64,000 bases of DNA from Candidatus Krumholzibacteriia bacterium (GTDB lineage Bacteria; Krumholzibacteriota; Krumholzibacteriia; G020349025). The stretch covers positions 39,473 through 103,472 of the forward strand of contig DASRJW010000101.1 in NCBI GenBank assembly GCA_035649275.1, read 5' to 3'. How positions within the stretch are numbered: position 1 is the first letter of the stretch; each line of letters opens with the position of its first letter. Under the pieces are notes generated by a model, which saw only the letters and a list, made by a program, of their open reading frames with translations, was not told the origin of the DNA and ran no database searches. A program made the translations under genes and the position numbers. Below are positions 36,263-46,253 of the stretch, piece after piece.

Positions 36263-38899
36263 ATGTTGGGTTCCGCTTCGCAGCAGCCAGCCGATGCCGA
36301 GAGCCGCGAGCTGGAAGCGGCGCTGCTCGAGTGGATGGCGTCGGCACCGGCGGGCTTCGTCGCGGCCGGCCCCACGCTCGCGGCCTGCTACGGTCTCGAT
36401 ACGGCAGCGATGCAAGCGCAGGAGCAGCGCTTCGAGAGCCTCGCCCTCGCCCTCTTCGCCTACCAGTACGAGCGTGTGGACACTTATCGCGCCCATGCCC
36501 GCGCCCTCGGTGCCTCGCCCTCGACAGTGCAGCGCGCGCAAGAGGTGCCGCCGCTTCCGGTCGAAGCCTTGCGCCACACCCGCGTCGCCACTTTCCCGGC
36601 CGAGGCGGAATGCGCCCGCTTCCACACCAGCGGCACCACCGGCCGGCCCGGCGTCGTGCACCTCGATTCGCTGGCGCTCTACGACCTGTCACTCGGGCGC
36701 AGCTTCGGACACCATGTGCTGCCCGACGTCGAGCGCATCCGCATGCTCTTCCTCGTCGCTCCCTGGAGCGAGACGCCGCACTCCTCCCTCGGCTACATGC
36801 TGGAGCAGGTGCGCCGGCGGTGGGGGACGCCAACGAGCGCGCCTTGTATCCGGGCCGGGCGCTTGCAGTGGAACGAGCTGCGCCAGGCTTGCGCCGAAGC
36901 CGTGGCGGCGGGCGAGCCCGTCTGCCTTCTCGGCACCGCCTTCGCTTTCGTCGAGATGCTCGATGCGGCCGCGGCCTCCCGTTGGTCGGTGCAGTTGCCC
37001 CCAGGGAGCCGCGTCTTCGAAACCGGGGGCACCAAGGGCCGGACGCGGGAGCTCTCGCGTCCCGCCCTCCGCGAGGCTCTTGGGCGTCACTTGGGCGTGC
37101 CTACGACACACGTGGTCTCGGAATACGGCATGACCGAGCTCGCCTCGCAGTACTACACGCTGTCGCTGCGCTCTGCTTTGCTGGGTACGGCTGCTGTCAC
37201 CGACGAGGAGGTCTGGTCCATGCCTTTTTGGCTGCGCCCGCGACTCCTCGATGCGAGCACCGGAACGTGTCGCGCTCCTCACGAGGCCGGAGGTCCAGCC
37301 CTGCTGGCCCATCACGATCTCGGCAACCGCGCTACGGTGGCGCATTTCCTGACCGCCGATCTCGGCGAGGCCCGGGGCGCCAGCTTCATCCTCCACGGAC
37401 GCTGCCCGCGCTCCGAGCTGCGCGGTTGCGGCCTCATGCACGAACACCTCGAACGCGACGGGGACGCGAAGAACCGGGACACGTCCCAGCGGGACACCAC
37501 CAGGCGGGACACGGCAGACGCGGAAGCAGGTACCGCGCGCTTCCAGCCGGCGGAGTCCGACTTCGTGATCTTGCCCCACTCCTACCATCTGCCCGCTCGC
37601 CCCGCACCGGTAGGTTGGCGTCCGCTCGGCGCTTCGGAGCTGCAGGTTCCGGTTCTCGCGGCCGAGGGCGTGACGCATGCGTGGCAGGAGCTCGAAGCGG
37701 CGGCGACAGTGTGGAGGTCGCGCTCGTTCCCGGCGCGCCTCGAGCACCTCGCCGATGCCCTCGGGAAACTGCGCGCTCGCGGTCCGGGCCCGTGGCGGCA
37801 AGCTCTCGCCCTTTCGGCGGCACTGTCGCCCGCGGGCCTGGATGCTGCGTGGGAGGTGACCTTCGCGCCGCACGCTGCAGAATCTCTCGCGGCCGCATGG
37901 GCGCAAGAAGGTCTCGATGTCGCACGGCTGGAGCAGCTCGAGCGCGAAGGCCGCCTGCCCCGGCGTCTGGTGCACATCCTGGCCGGGAACGTCCTCCCAC
38001 CCACGCTCTCCGTCCTGTTGCGTGGCTGGCTCTTGGGCGCGGCGCAGTGGCTGCGCCCGGCGAGGCGCGAGCCCCTGTTCGCGGTGTTCCTGCTCGAAGA
38101 TCTAGCGACGCTCGTTCCGGAGTTGGCCGCCAGCACCGCCGTTCTCTGGTGGCCCCATGCCGAGGACGTCATGCAAACCGCCGTGCTAAGCGCCGCCGAC
38201 CTGGTCACGGTCCAGGGCAGCGACGTGGCCATCGCCGCGGTGCAGAAGCAGCTGGCGTCGCTGCCCCGGCCGCCACGCTGTCTCGACTATGGCAGCCGCT
38301 GGAGTGGCGCCCTGGTGTCGATCCAAGGGCAGAACGCGGCGACGGCGGCGGCCCTGGCGCGGGATGTGGCGCTCTTCGATCAGCTGGGTTGTCTCTCGCC
38401 GACCTTGGTCTTCGCCGAGGCGGGCCCGGGACTGGAAGCGTGGTGTGCCACACTGGCAGCAGCGTTGGCGTCGGTGGAGAAAGAGTGGCCGCGTGGCCCT
38501 CTTCCCGCCACGGCGCAGGCGGCGCTTCGGCACTGGCACGAGACCGTGCGTCTCGAACAGGCTCTGGGCGCAGTGCACGGTTTCTGGGAGCAGTCGATCC
38601 TCTGGGGCGTGGTGCTCCTGCGGCGCTGCGAGACCCACGACACGCCGCTCGATCGCCATGTGGTGGTGGTGCCGTTCACCGACGTGAAGGAGATCGCCGC
38701 GGCGCTGGGAGAGGAACTCGGTCGCCTGCAGGGACTCGCCGTCGCTCTCGAGGGGTGGGAATCCAGCCGCCGCGACGTCGCGCTCGAGGTTCTCAGGCCT
38801 TCTCGCCTGGCGCCGGTAGGGGAATTGCAGCAGGCGCCGCTTTCCTGGGCGCAGGATCACCGCGCCCCCTTCGCGAGTCTGCTTCTCAGCGGACGGTGA
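36263..38899 (+). CDS. fused LuxE-like acyl-protein synthetase / LuxC-like acyl-CoA (acyl-protein) reductase
   Basis: N-half: FHTSGTTGRPG and FETGGTKGR adenylate-forming motifs of LuxE family; C-half: ILAGNVLPP (LuxC AGNVP) and FDQLGCLSP catalytic-Cys context of LuxC/ALDH-like reductases; Asp/Arg/Thr-rich linker between halves. Confidence 0.7.
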   Translation: MLGSASQQPADAESRELEAALLEWMASAPAGFVAAGPTLAACYGLDTAAMQAQEQRFESLALALFAYQYERVDTYRAHARALGASPSTVQRAQEVPPLPVEALRHTRVATFPAEAECARFHTSGTTGRPGVVHLDSLALYDLSLGRSFGHHVLPDVERIRMLFLVAPWSETPHSSLGYMLEQVRRRWGTPTSAPCIRAGRLQWNELRQACAEAVAAGEPVCLLGTAFAFVEMLDAAAASRWSVQLPPGSRVFETGGTKGRTRELSRPALREALGRHLGVPTTHVVSEYGMTELASQYYTLSLRSALLGTAAVTDEEVWSMPFWLRPRLLDASTGTCRAPHEAGGPALLAHHDLGNRATVAHFLTADLGEARGASFILHGRCPRSELRGCGLMHEHLERDGDAKNRDTSQRDTTRRDTADAEAGTARFQPAESDFVILPHSYHLPARPAPVGWRPLGASELQVPVLAAEGVTHAWQELEAAATVWRSRSFPARLEHLADALGKLRARGPGPWRQALALSAALSPAGLDAAWEVTFAPHAAESLAAAWAQEGLDVARLEQLEREGRLPRRLVHILAGNVLPPTLSVLLRGWLLGAAQWLRPARREPLFAVFLLEDLATLVPELAASTAVLWWPHAEDVMQTAVLSAADLVTVQGSDVAIAAVQKQLASLPRPPRCLDYGSRWSGALVSIQGQNAATAAALARDVALFDQLGCLSPTLVFAEAGPGLEAWCATLAAALASVEKEWPRGPLPATAQAALRHWHETVRLEQALGAVHGFWEQSILWGVVLLRRCETHDTPLDRHVVVVPFTDVKEIAAALGEELGRLQGLAVALEGWESSRRDVALEVLRPSRLAPVGELQQAPLSWAQDHRAPFASLLLSGR

Positions 38900-40235
38900 G
38901 GCTGATGCCGGCGAAACCGGGGCGGATGATCCCGGTGCGCTTCTGCCCGTTGGTCTCCGATTGGATGATCTCGACGTCGGAGATGGTGTAGATGGCGCCC
39001 AGGTACACCCGGGGGGCGAGGGCATAGCGCAACTTGCCAGTGATCGAGATACCCGCATCGGTCTCGCCGATGGTGTTGAAGGCGGCGTAGCCGATGAGCG
39101 CGGCACCGCCGACGGGACCGATCTCGTAGTCCAGTCCGGCGTTGAGCGAGCCCCCGTTGACCGCGGGCGCGTCGCCGGCGCTGAAGGCGGCGAAGGCCAT
39201 TTCGTTCAGCAACAGCAAGTGCCAGAGCTTCTGATTGAAGGAGAAGTACAAGCCTGGCTGGGTGCGGGGGTTCCCCAGGGGATCACGCCCACCGAAGAAG
39301 GCGACCGGACCGCCTTCCGGCAGGAGCTCGAAGTTCCCTGGCTCGTAGCTGGTGTTGTAGCCCTCGTAACCCGCGCCGAGCATGGTCACTTCCTGCCCCA
39401 AGGCCCAGGACGCCGGCGCCGGATCCAGGGCGATCTCGCGGTCCACCGGCACGGGTTTGCGCTCGACCCGTCCGCTGGCGGCGAGCGAGGCCTCGTCGGT
39501 GATTCGCCGCGGCGGGTAGGTGTCGTGCGGTTCCTTGGCTCCCGCCGCCAGGAGCGGCAGGGTGTTCTCCCCGGGCATGCTCGCCGGGCCGGTGACCGGT
39601 GGCGGCACCCCTGCACCCAGGCTCTGCTTCGCCACCCGCTCGCGCAGCCGGCGCTCGTAGGCCTGGACGACGGGAGTCGTGACCTGCAAAGCGACGGCCG
39701 TGTCCGCCGTGGCGATCTCAGCGACGACGGCGCTCAGGTCGCGCTTGCGAACGTTCGGGAACACGGCGACGTTCTCTTCCGGATGCTGCACATCGAAGGG
39801 CCCGTACTCGGGGACGCCGCCGGGATACTTGTCGCCCTGGTTGAGGACGAGGAAGGGGCGCCAGTAGTCGCGCTTGAAGCCCTCTTCCGTGGCGTCGGTG
39901 CACAGGAAGTAGAGCTGCCGGGCAACGTCTTGCACGTCGTGCCGGTTCACGTACACCTGGAGCAGGTTCGAGGAGCCGGGGACGTTGCTGAAGGGGATCG
40001 ATTCCCGCAGCTTCTTGTAGCGCTCGACGCGAGCGTTCAAGTCGTCGACGCGGGCTTTTTCTCCCTTGTACTCGATCCGGCGCCGCTCCAGCTCCTCGCG
40101 CTGGCGCTGGATCTCGTCGGGGTTGGGCTGCGGCTGCTGGGCCCACACGACCGCCGCGGTGAGCCAGGGAAGTGCGCAGAGGAGCGCCGGGAGCGCCCGC
40201 CCCGGAAGCTGCTCCAGTGTGCGGCGTTCGCGCAT
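38886..40235 (-). CDS. secreted hypothetical protein with N-terminal coiled coil
   Basis: ATG 40235 MRERRTLEQLPGRALPALLCALPWLTAAVVWAQ signal peptide; EIQRQREELERRRIEYKGEKARVDDLNARVERYKKL coiled coil; Gly-rich beta-rich C-terminus. Confidence 0.5.
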   Translation of the reverse strand: MRERRTLEQLPGRALPALLCALPWLTAAVVWAQQPQPNPDEIQRQREELERRRIEYKGEKARVDDLNARVERYKKLRESIPFSNVPGSSNLLQVYVNRHDVQDVARQLYFLCTDATEEGFKRDYWRPFLVLNQGDKYPGGVPEYGPFDVQHPEENVAVFPNVRKRDLSAVVAEIATADTAVALQVTTPVVQAYERRLRERVAKQSLGAGVPPPVTGPASMPGENTLPLLAAGAKEPHDTYPPRRITDEASLAASGRVERKPVPVDREIALDPAPASWALGQEVTMLGAGYEGYNTSYEPGNFELLPEGGPVAFFGGRDPLGNPRTQPGLYFSFNQKLWHLLLLNEMAFAAFSAGDAPAVNGGSLNAGLDYEIGPVGGAALIGYAAFNTIGETDAGISITGKLRYALAPRVYLGAIYTISDVEIIQSETNGQKRTGIIRPGFAGISLTVR

Positions 40236-40522
40236 CGAGAGACGACCTCCGCGGGCGGAAGTTCTTCCGATCACGGCCATGGCGTGCAGGCGATGTGCCC
40301 CCCGGCGCAGCAAGGCGGGGTGGGCGGCGACCGAGCGGGGCCATGGTAGCACACCACCGGCGCTGCCCAGCCGGCACCGCTGCTCTCGGGCCGGGGCGGA
40401 TCCGGTTGCAAGGAAACGCATCTTCCCGGGCGGCGCAAGCCCCATCGCGCCCGCTGGTGCCCGCCCGGCTCCGCCACTTCGGCCCGAAGCATGGAGCCCC
40501 GGACACCGCCGCAACGATGCCG

Positions 40523-42592
40523 CTATGCCGACTCCCGCGCTGGGCTCAAGACCGCCTTTTCCAAGGCCTGCCGTACCTGGTCCGCGCGGGTGACCGGGGC
40601 CAGACAGACATGCTCGCGGCAGACGTAGACGGCGGGCTTGTCGCCCACGAGGCTGCGGCCCTGGAGGAGCGCGAGCTCAGGGGCGGAGCCTGCGTCCGGC
40701 CACCCCGCCACGACCTTGTTCGGAATGTAGGGGGCGAAGACGGCGCGCACCAAGGCGGCGGCCTCGTCGCCTCGGCCGGCCACGGCGACCTCGCACGCAG
40801 GCCCCAGGTACAGATCGAGGGCGCAGAGCATTTCCCCCATGGCGGTGCTGGCTTGCCGCAGCTCCATGCCTTGAGCGCGCAGGTTGCGCTCCGCCCTTTC
40901 CCGCCAGCGCTCCTCGCCGGTCAGCAGGCCGAGTCGGAGCAGGTTCCCGGTGTGCACCGAGCCGCCGGAAGGTGTCGAGGTGTCCAGGGAATTGCGCGCT
41001 GCCGCCGGCAGCTTCTCGTGCTGGCTCCCGGTGTAACGCCAGCCTCCGGCACCATCATCGAACTCGGCGTCCAGGCGCGCGCTCCATTCCTGCGCCAGTT
41101 CGAGCCAGCGCGGTGCGAAGCTCGCTTCGTAAAGATCGAGGAAAGCAGCGATCATGCACGCCCAGTCGTCGAGGAAACCGGGGCCGGAGGTGCGGCCCTG
41201 CCGCAGGGTGCGAAAGGGGCCTTGCGGGCCGTGGCGCAGAATCAGCTCGGCGGCGGCTTCGGCGCGGGCCCGATACTCCGGCAGCCGCAACACGGCATGC
41301 GCCTGGGCGTAGGCGCGGATCATGAGGCCGTTCCAAGCGGCGACGACCTTGTCGTCCAGTCCCGGTCGGACGCGGCGCGCGCGGGCCGCCAAGAGCTCGC
41401 GCCGGCCGGCCTCGACGACATTCTCCAGCGCTGCCTCCGTGATCCCGAGCTCGGCGGCGACGAAAGAGGCAGCCCGCGGCACCCATAGGATGTTGGTGTG
41501 CGCCTCGAAGTTTCCCGACCCCGAGACGCCGAAGTAAGTGCAGAGCACCCGCGCGGTCTCGGGGCCGCAGGCCGCCTCGATTTCCGCTGGGGTCCAGACG
41601 TAATACTTGCCTTCGGCGCCTTCGCTGTCGGCGTCCAGGGCGCTGTAGAAGCCGCCGTCGGGGCCGGTCATTTCACGGCTCACCCAGTCGAGGATGCGGG
41701 TGCAGACGTCGCGGAAGAACGGCTCGCCGCTCACCTGGAACGCTTCCAAGTAGGCCCGTGCGAGCAGGGCGTTGTCGTAGAGCATCTTCTCGAAGTGCGG
41801 CACGAGCCAGCGCGCGTCGGTGGCGTAGCGATGGAAACCGCCCCCGAGCTGGTCGTGGATGCCGCCGGCCGCCATGCGGCGCAGCGTCTCCAAGGCCATG
41901 GAGGTGGCGTTCGAGTCGCCGCTCCGCCTGCCGTAACGGAGCAGGAAGGACACATCCATGCTGTGCGGGAACTTCGGCGCGCCGCCGAAGCCGCCATGCG
42001 CCGGATCGTAGAGCCGTTCCAGAATGGCGAAAGCGCCGCGGAGGATGTCGCCATCCGGGGTCTCCGCCTCTGCCGGCGGGCGGGACGCTTGCAGCGCCGA
42101 CACCACCTGCTGCGCCGTGCGTGCCACATCGCCGCGCCGCTCCTTGTAGGCGTCGGCCACCAGCTGTAGCACGGTCTTGAAGCCCGGCATGCCATGCCGC
42201 GGTCCGGGAGGGAAGTAGGTGCCGGCGAAGAACGGCTCGAGTTGGGGGGTCAAGAACACGCTCATGGGCCAGCCGCCGTGCCCGCCGGTGAAGAGTTGCA
42301 CCGCCTGCATGTAGATGTCGTCGATGTCGGGGCGCTCCTCCCGGTCCACCTTGATGTTGATGAAGAGCGCGTTCATGAGTGTCGCCGTCTCCGTATCGGC
42401 GAACGACTCGTGCTCCATCACGTGACACCAATGACAGGACGAGTAGCCCACGCTGAGGAAGATGGGCTTGTCCTCCTGGCGTGACCGCGCCAGGGCGGCT
42501 TCCGACCAGGGATACCAGTCCACCGGGTCGTAGGCATGCTGCAAGAGGTAGGGACTCGTGGCCTGAAGGAGCCGGTTCGTAGGCCGTTCCAT
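40523..42592 (-). CDS. thioredoxin-domain protein (DUF255/YyaL, SPATA20-like; N-acylglucosamine-epimerase-like C-domain)
   Basis: [39 protein letters not shown]...FGGAPKFPH; highly characteristic. Confidence 0.88.
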   Translation of the reverse strand: MERPTNRLLQATSPYLLQHAYDPVDWYPWSEAALARSRQEDKPIFLSVGYSSCHWCHVMEHESFADTETATLMNALFINIKVDREERPDIDDIYMQAVQLFTGGHGGWPMSVFLTPQLEPFFAGTYFPPGPRHGMPGFKTVLQLVADAYKERRGDVARTAQQVVSALQASRPPAEAETPDGDILRGAFAILERLYDPAHGGFGGAPKFPHSMDVSFLLRYGRRSGDSNATSMALETLRRMAAGGIHDQLGGGFHRYATDARWLVPHFEKMLYDNALLARAYLEAFQVSGEPFFRDVCTRILDWVSREMTGPDGGFYSALDADSEGAEGKYYVWTPAEIEAACGPETARVLCTYFGVSGSGNFEAHTNILWVPRAASFVAAELGITEAALENVVEAGRRELLAARARRVRPGLDDKVVAAWNGLMIRAYAQAHAVLRLPEYRARAEAAAELILRHGPQGPFRTLRQGRTSGPGFLDDWACMIAAFLDLYEASFAPRWLELAQEWSARLDAEFDDGAGGWRYTGSQHEKLPAAARNSLDTSTPSGGSVHTGNLLRLGLLTGEERWRERAERNLRAQGMELRQASTAMGEMLCALDLYLGPACEVAVAGRGDEAAALVRAVFAPYIPNKVVAGWPDAGSAPELALLQGRSLVGDKPAVYVCREHVCLAPVTRADQVRQALEKAVLSPARESA

Positions 42593-42760
42593 GGGGCGCC
42601 TCCTGCGGCGGCGGTCGGCCCGCGCGCGGGCCAGGGGCGGCGAACCGGATGAGGCACCCTAGCATCCGGGGAGAGGAAAAGGAAGCTCCGGGGTAAGAAT
42701 GAAGCGGCGGCCGTCGAGTGGGCGGCCGCCGCAGCGCGTGGATCGCGGGTCAAGGAGATG

Positions 42761-42877
42761 CTACGTGAGCGAGCGCCAGAGACACACGCAACCGACGAGT
42801 GCCAAGGCACAGGCTACGAGCAGTCCGAGGGAGCGCTTCTTCTCCTGCACTTCCTCGAACTCGATCTCGAAGTTCAT
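42761..42877 (-). CDS. small hydrophobic protein (38 aa), hypothetical
   Basis: MNFEIEFEEVQEKKRSLGLLVACALALVGCVCLWRSLT; AAGGAG 4 nt upstream of ATG; C-terminal TM helix. Confidence 0.3.
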   Translation of the reverse strand: MNFEIEFEEVQEKKRSLGLLVACALALVGCVCLWRSLT

Positions 42878-43067
42878 GGTCTTCTCCTTGGCTCGCGAAG
42901 AACTCGTCGTTGCCGGTTCTTGGCGCCGGCGCCTGGAAAGAGGGCAACCCGCGTGCCATCCCGCGGCGAGGACGTCGGGGGAGGGCGAAGGTAGCGGCGG
43001 GAAGCCCGCTGCGACGCCGCGCGAGCGGAGCGCCCCGGTCCCTTGCAGGCGCCGCGAAACGACGTGC

Positions 43068-44009
43068 ATGATCGGCGCGACCCTGGGAGGTCGTCCCTTG
43101 CTCTCTCGGCTCGAGTGCGGTGTGCGAGCGCGGCGGCAGGCGCGGCGATTCGTGCCCGTGGGTCCCGGCGGTGCCGCGCTGCGCTTCGTGTTTTGCGGCG
43201 CCGCCCTGTTGGCAGCACTGCTGTTTGCAGGACCAGCACGGTCTGCAGCCCCACAGGTGCCGACTCCCCCAGCGCCGAAACCGGTGCGGACCACGACCTA
43301 CTCCGGAGACGTGGAACTCAAGGTGATCGTGCACGAGTGGCGGACCGCAGGAGTGCGCCGCCGCGTTTTCGTTCTCTTGCCGCCGGACTACACCGAGAGC
43401 GGCACGCGGCGCTACCCGGTGCTCTACGCTCTCGACGGACAAGATCTCTTCGACGCCGCCCTCGCCGCGGGGAAGGAAGAGTGGACGCTGGACGAGATCC
43501 TCGCTCGCCAGCCCGAAGGCCTGCAGGAAATGCTCGTCGTCGCCGTCGAGACGACCGGCGATGTCCACGAGCTCTCACCGCCGGGGGCGGAGGCCCAGGC
43601 CCACGGCGATTCCCTTCTCGACTTCCTGGTGGACACGGTGCGGCCTTTTGTCGAGAGCACCTATCCCGTGCGCACCGGGCGCGGCAACGCCACGCTCCTC
43701 GGCTTGGGGCGGAGCGCCCTCTTCGCCACCTGGGCGGCGTGGGTGCGCGCCGATCTCTTCGGGGGGGCCATCGCGCTCGACTGTCCGGACCTGGACGCGA
43801 CCTCGGTGGCTTGGACCGCGGCGCCGCCCCGCGGCGGACGACCCTGGTTTTGGTACGAGCAGCGCGCCACGGAGAAGGCGCGTCCGAGCAGCACCGATGT
43901 GATCGCGGCGCTGTCGCGGCAGGCGGAGGTCCAGGTGGTGGTCGCTGGAACGCAGAGCAACCGCACCTTGCGACTGCTGACCGCGCTCCGCGCCTGGTCG
44001 CAGCACTGA
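43068..44009 (+). CDS. putative esterase (esterase D/enterochelin-esterase-like alpha/beta-hydrolase), secreted
   Basis: ATG 43068, signal RFVFCGAALLAALLFAGPARSAA; RYPVLYALDGQDLF and DFLVDTVRPFVESTYPV typical of PF00756-type esterases. Confidence 0.65.
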   Translation: MIGATLGGRPLLSRLECGVRARRQARRFVPVGPGGAALRFVFCGAALLAALLFAGPARSAAPQVPTPPAPKPVRTTTYSGDVELKVIVHEWRTAGVRRRVFVLLPPDYTESGTRRYPVLYALDGQDLFDAALAAGKEEWTLDEILARQPEGLQEMLVVAVETTGDVHELSPPGAEAQAHGDSLLDFLVDTVRPFVESTYPVRTGRGNATLLGLGRSALFATWAAWVRADLFGGAIALDCPDLDATSVAWTAAPPRGGRPWFWYEQRATEKARPSSTDVIAALSRQAEVQVVVAGTQSNRTLRLLTALRAWSQH

Positions 44010-44014
44010 GCCGC

Positions 44015-44644
44015 TCAGATCTGGGCGTGGTCCTCGAGATACGTTTTCAAGCGCAGCACGTGCTCCCAGGTAGGGCGCTTCTTGCTGGGATCGCGCAGCA
44101 GGAAAGCCGGATGGTAGAGCACCATGAACTGCACTCCCGGGTAGCGGGGCAGCTCGAAGAAACGTCCCGCTTCCTCCTCCATCGTGAACTCCCGGCGCGA
44201 AGGATCCATCCACTTGAGGGCCACTTGCCCGAGGAGGAGCACGACGCGCGGGCGGACCAAGGCGATCTGCCGCTCCAGGAAGGGCAGGCAAGCGGTGGCC
44301 TCGTCGCTCGTCGGGGCCCGATCGATCTCGGGCTTGCACTTCACCACGTTGGTGATGAGCGTATCGCGGTCCGGGTCGATGCCGATGGAAACGAGGATCT
44401 TGTCGAGGAGTTCGCCGGAACGGCCGACGAAGGCGCGACCCTCGCGATCCTCGTTGTCACCAGGGCGCTCGCTGATGATGAGCATCCGGGCGCTGGGGTT
44501 GCCCCGGTCGACGACGATGCGGGTGCGACTCTTGCAAAGCGTACAGCGTCTGCAGTCGTAGGCCCGGAGTCGGGCGGCGAAATCGTCGTAGGTGCTGGCG
44601 GCGAGAATCGCGTTCAAGTCCTGATCGAAGAGATCGGCCTGCAC
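44015..44644 (-). CDS. uracil-DNA glycosylase, family 4 (Fe-S)
   Basis: CRRCTLCKSRTRIVVDRGNPSARMLIISERPGDNED...GRAFVGRSGELL...NVVKCKP = family-4 UDG signature motifs. Confidence 0.9.
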   Translation of the reverse strand: MQADLFDQDLNAILAASTYDDFAARLRAYDCRRCTLCKSRTRIVVDRGNPSARMLIISERPGDNEDREGRAFVGRSGELLDKILVSIGIDPDRDTLITNVVKCKPEIDRAPTSDEATACLPFLERQIALVRPRVVLLLGQVALKWMDPSRREFTMEEEAGRFFELPRYPGVQFMVLYHPAFLLRDPSKKRPTWEHVLRLKTYLEDHAQI

Positions 44645-44782
44645 GAGAGCGCCCCTCCAGCGTACGGCGCCGAGATCCTAGGTGGTGCCGGGGCGCGGCG
44701 TCCAGAGCGATTGACGCCGGCCGGAACCCCGGGCACACTCGGCCCGGCGCAAGTGGTTGCGTCAGCGCGGGGAGGAAGGGAC

Positions 44783-46243
44783 GTGGAGAGAAACGCAGTG
44801 TGCGAAGCGAGAGAGAGTGGTGACGCGCGGCGGCGGCAACGGCAGCGTGCTGCAGGCGCGGTGGTGTGCCTCCTGGCCTGGACCCTTCTCGCCGCGCTCC
44901 GTCCGGCGGCGGCGGATCAGGCGTCCTTGCGGCGGAGCCTGCAAACACTGGAAGCAGAGGATGCAGCCGTGCTCGCCCCGGCCACGCACGAGAAGGCGAA
45001 GCAGGCGGTGGTGGCGGCCGAGAGCCAGAAGAGCACGGCCAGCCTCGAAACGGCGGAGAAGCGGCTCGGCGAGCTGGAAGAGGCCATGCAGCGCGCCCGC
45101 AACCTGTGGCCGAAACCGCTGGAACGGCGGCAACAGGCCAAGGAGGCCCGGGCCGATTCGGTCGCACCCACCTCGTGGCAAACCGCCGAGAACGTCCTCA
45201 TGGCGGCAGCGCGCAAGCTCGAAGCCGGACGGCGGGACGCCGCGGAAAGGCAAGCGACCTCGCTCCTCGGGCTCTACGATCAGACGTACAGGGAAGCCAT
45301 GAGCGTGGGATTGGTCGGGCGGACACGTCAGCTCCTCGTCGCCGCCGAGAAGGGCAAGGCGGGGGAATATGCGCCGCGCAGCTACGTGCGGGCCCTGGAT
45401 GCGGTGGAGCGCACGGAAAAGCAGATCGCTGCGGGCGAGATCGGTGAGGCCACACGAGCCGAGGCCGACCTGGCCCGTCGCGAGGCCGAGCACGCCACCT
45501 GGCTCCTGGAGACGATTCGAGAGAGCTGCGAGGGTGACAACCGCGCCCGGATGGAGGCACTCGTCCTCGACTGGGAGACACAGGCGCAGCGCGATCTGGA
45601 ACCCTTCGGCTTGCAGGGCGATTTCAGCCGCGGCCTGGGGCCGGTGCTGCAGCAGCTGCAGGTGGAGGGCGACCGCGTGGTGCGGGAGCGCAACCGCTTG
45701 CGCATCGATCTGGCCCGCCGCACCGATCAGGCCGATTCGCTCCAGCGAGTGATCACCGAGCTCAAGGACCACGTCCGCGACTTCGAGGGCATGGTGGCGG
45801 AGCTCAAGCCGTACCGCGAGGAGGCGAACACGGTCACCGCCGTCCGCGACATGTTCACCCAGTCCGAGGGCAAGGTGCTGGTGGATGATCGCGACGTCGT
45901 CTTGCGACTCCACGGCTTGGGTTTCCCGAGCGGCAGCGCCAAGCTTCCCGCCGAGAGCGAGCCGCTCCTACAGAAGATCGTCGAAGCCGTGCGCGCCTTC
46001 CCCGGAGCGCGGCTCGTCGTCGAGGGCCACACCGACGGGAAGGGCAACGCCGACAAGAATCAGCGCCTGTCCACGGAGCGCGCCAACGCCGTGCGGGACT
46101 GGCTGCTGCAACATGCCGCGGTGACGGAGAGTCGCGTCACCGCGGTGGGGCGCGGCTCGACTCAGCCGGTGGCTTCCAACGACAGCGAGGACGGACGGGC
46201 GCTCAACCGCCGCATCGACGTGATCATCGCGCGCACGCACTGA
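44783..46243 (+). CDS. OmpA C-terminal-domain protein with long coiled-coil N-region
   Basis: GTG 44783 after GGAGGAAGGGA; signal-like RAAGAVVCLLAWTLLAALRPAAA; C-term GHTDGKGNADKNQRLSTERANAV + NRRIDVII = OmpA/MotB peptidoglycan-binding domain. Confidence 0.75.
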   Translation: MERNAVCEARESGDARRRQRQRAAGAVVCLLAWTLLAALRPAAADQASLRRSLQTLEAEDAAVLAPATHEKAKQAVVAAESQKSTASLETAEKRLGELEEAMQRARNLWPKPLERRQQAKEARADSVAPTSWQTAENVLMAAARKLEAGRRDAAERQATSLLGLYDQTYREAMSVGLVGRTRQLLVAAEKGKAGEYAPRSYVRALDAVERTEKQIAAGEIGEATRAEADLARREAEHATWLLETIRESCEGDNRARMEALVLDWETQAQRDLEPFGLQGDFSRGLGPVLQQLQVEGDRVVRERNRLRIDLARRTDQADSLQRVITELKDHVRDFEGMVAELKPYREEANTVTAVRDMFTQSEGKVLVDDRDVVLRLHGLGFPSGSAKLPAESEPLLQKIVEAVRAFPGARLVVEGHTDGKGNADKNQRLSTERANAVRDWLLQHAAVTESRVTAVGRGSTQPVASNDSEDGRALNRRIDVIIARTH

Positions 46244-46253
46244 GCGAGGAGAC

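Noticed and set aside
42640-42665. Shared 9-mer CTAGCATCC in two upstream regions as a regulon motif
   Set aside because: With the many intergenic 9-mers in 64 kb, a single shared 9-mer is expected by chance. It is kept only as a minor note under the palindrome finding.
43068-44009. Esterase with a non-canonical nucleophile elbow (GLGRSAL instead of GxSxG)
   Set aside because: The Ser is present and the motif alignment is ambiguous from sequence alone. This is not strong enough to call a pseudo-enzyme.
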